Source of the DNA: Octopus sinensis
Taxonomy: Eukaryota
DNA length: 64,000 bases
Assembly: GCF_006345805.1 (NCBI RefSeq)
Contig: NW_021833436.1
Coordinates: forward strand, 11,132-75,131
Reading direction: 5' to 3'
In this document: piece by piece, positions 63,228 through 64,000 of the stretch
Numbering within the stretch: the stretch's first letter is position 1
How the letters are laid out: each line of letters starts with the position of its first letter
Made by a program: the position numbers and the translations under genes
Notes under the pieces: generated by a model
What the model saw: the letters and a program-made list of their open reading frames with translations, nothing else
Databases searched by the model: none
Told to the model about the DNA's origin: nothing

Positions 63228-64000
63228 ACGTGGTCCGATCAATAAGTATCTGGACTGTTGCCATATTAACGAAGCTAAAGGATGCAGATTGAAGCCGCTT
63301 TGCACAGATTGATGCCGAGTTCTGCTGTGCATGTGCATTAAGTTTTAGCGTTTTAGATCACTTCTACTGTTTACAGCAGTGCTTAGACGGTAGATGTGTA
63401 ACATGTGATAGTCACGTTGACCACGAAAGAGAAAGTTGAGCAGAGAATCTGCATCAAATTTTGCCAAAAGCTTGGTAATACCTGCCCAGATACCTACGCA
63501 AAGTTTACAAAAAGTGTGCATTGTTCTCGACACGATCAAGATCTTGTGCAACTGAAATCGGAGTGACCTTTTAGTCAGCTGAAAGCAGTTTTGGCACAAA
63601 CTTGGTAGACACACGTCTCATACACAAAGTTTCATTGATAATGGACTGAGCTGAACCGTAACTAATCTGCACATCCTCTGATAACTCACGGATGGTGATT
63701 CGATGATTTCCCCTCACAACTGTACACACATCTGCGATGTTTTTCTGTTCTTCTGGTTATGGATCCCCCAGAACGTTCGTCAATGCAGACATATTTTCGG
63801 TCATTGTGGAAACATCTGAATCACTCGTACACCTGTGCGCAGTTCATACATTCCCCTCCATACACTTTCCGCAACTTTGCGTAGGCCTTTTAACATGTAT
63901 CGCCATGACAACTTTCTCTGTCATGGTCAATGAGACGATCACGCGCTATACACCTTTCTTCCAAGCACTGCTGTAAATGGCGGAAGTGAGCCAAAACAGT
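63228..64000. mobile_element. Two oppositely oriented mariner 5' fragments
   Basis: ta-cgtggtccgatcaataagtatc start and KVEQRICIKFCQKLG on +; a related 5' region on minus (cacttctactgtttacagcagtgctt vs aagcactgctgtaaatggcggaagtg). Confidence 0.7.

Overview
AT-rich, microsatellite-dense animal genomic DNA; the SINE and repeat content resembles Octopus (inference from recalled repeat motifs). There is one host gene I can support: a + strand, 4-exon gene (32025-32064, 32500-32838, 37740-37913, 46682-46914; all introns phase 1 GT-AG; about 261 aa). It encodes a hydrophobic N-terminus, a PAN/Apple domain and a C-type lectin domain. A decayed duplicate of its 5' half lies at about 15270-19335, split by a pogo transposon with a TA target duplication. 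Most of the rest is mobile DNA: a stack of R4/Dong non-LTR elements in (TAA)n tracts, including a 2 kb tandem duplication and an internally deleted derivative; Tx1/L1 and CR1-like fragments; a Gypsy gag/protease fragment; several mariners; SINEs; and two Penelope-like elements, one near full length with about 1.28 kb direct pseudo-LTRs. The ORF track misses several things: hammerhead ribozyme motifs of different sequence families (41833, 53202 and 57816, plus degenerate copies), several fold-back structures including a roughly 680 bp near-perfect palindrome, and a cryptic G-depleted CR1-group LINE in intron 3 of the lectin gene. All comparisons were made by eye; no searches were run.
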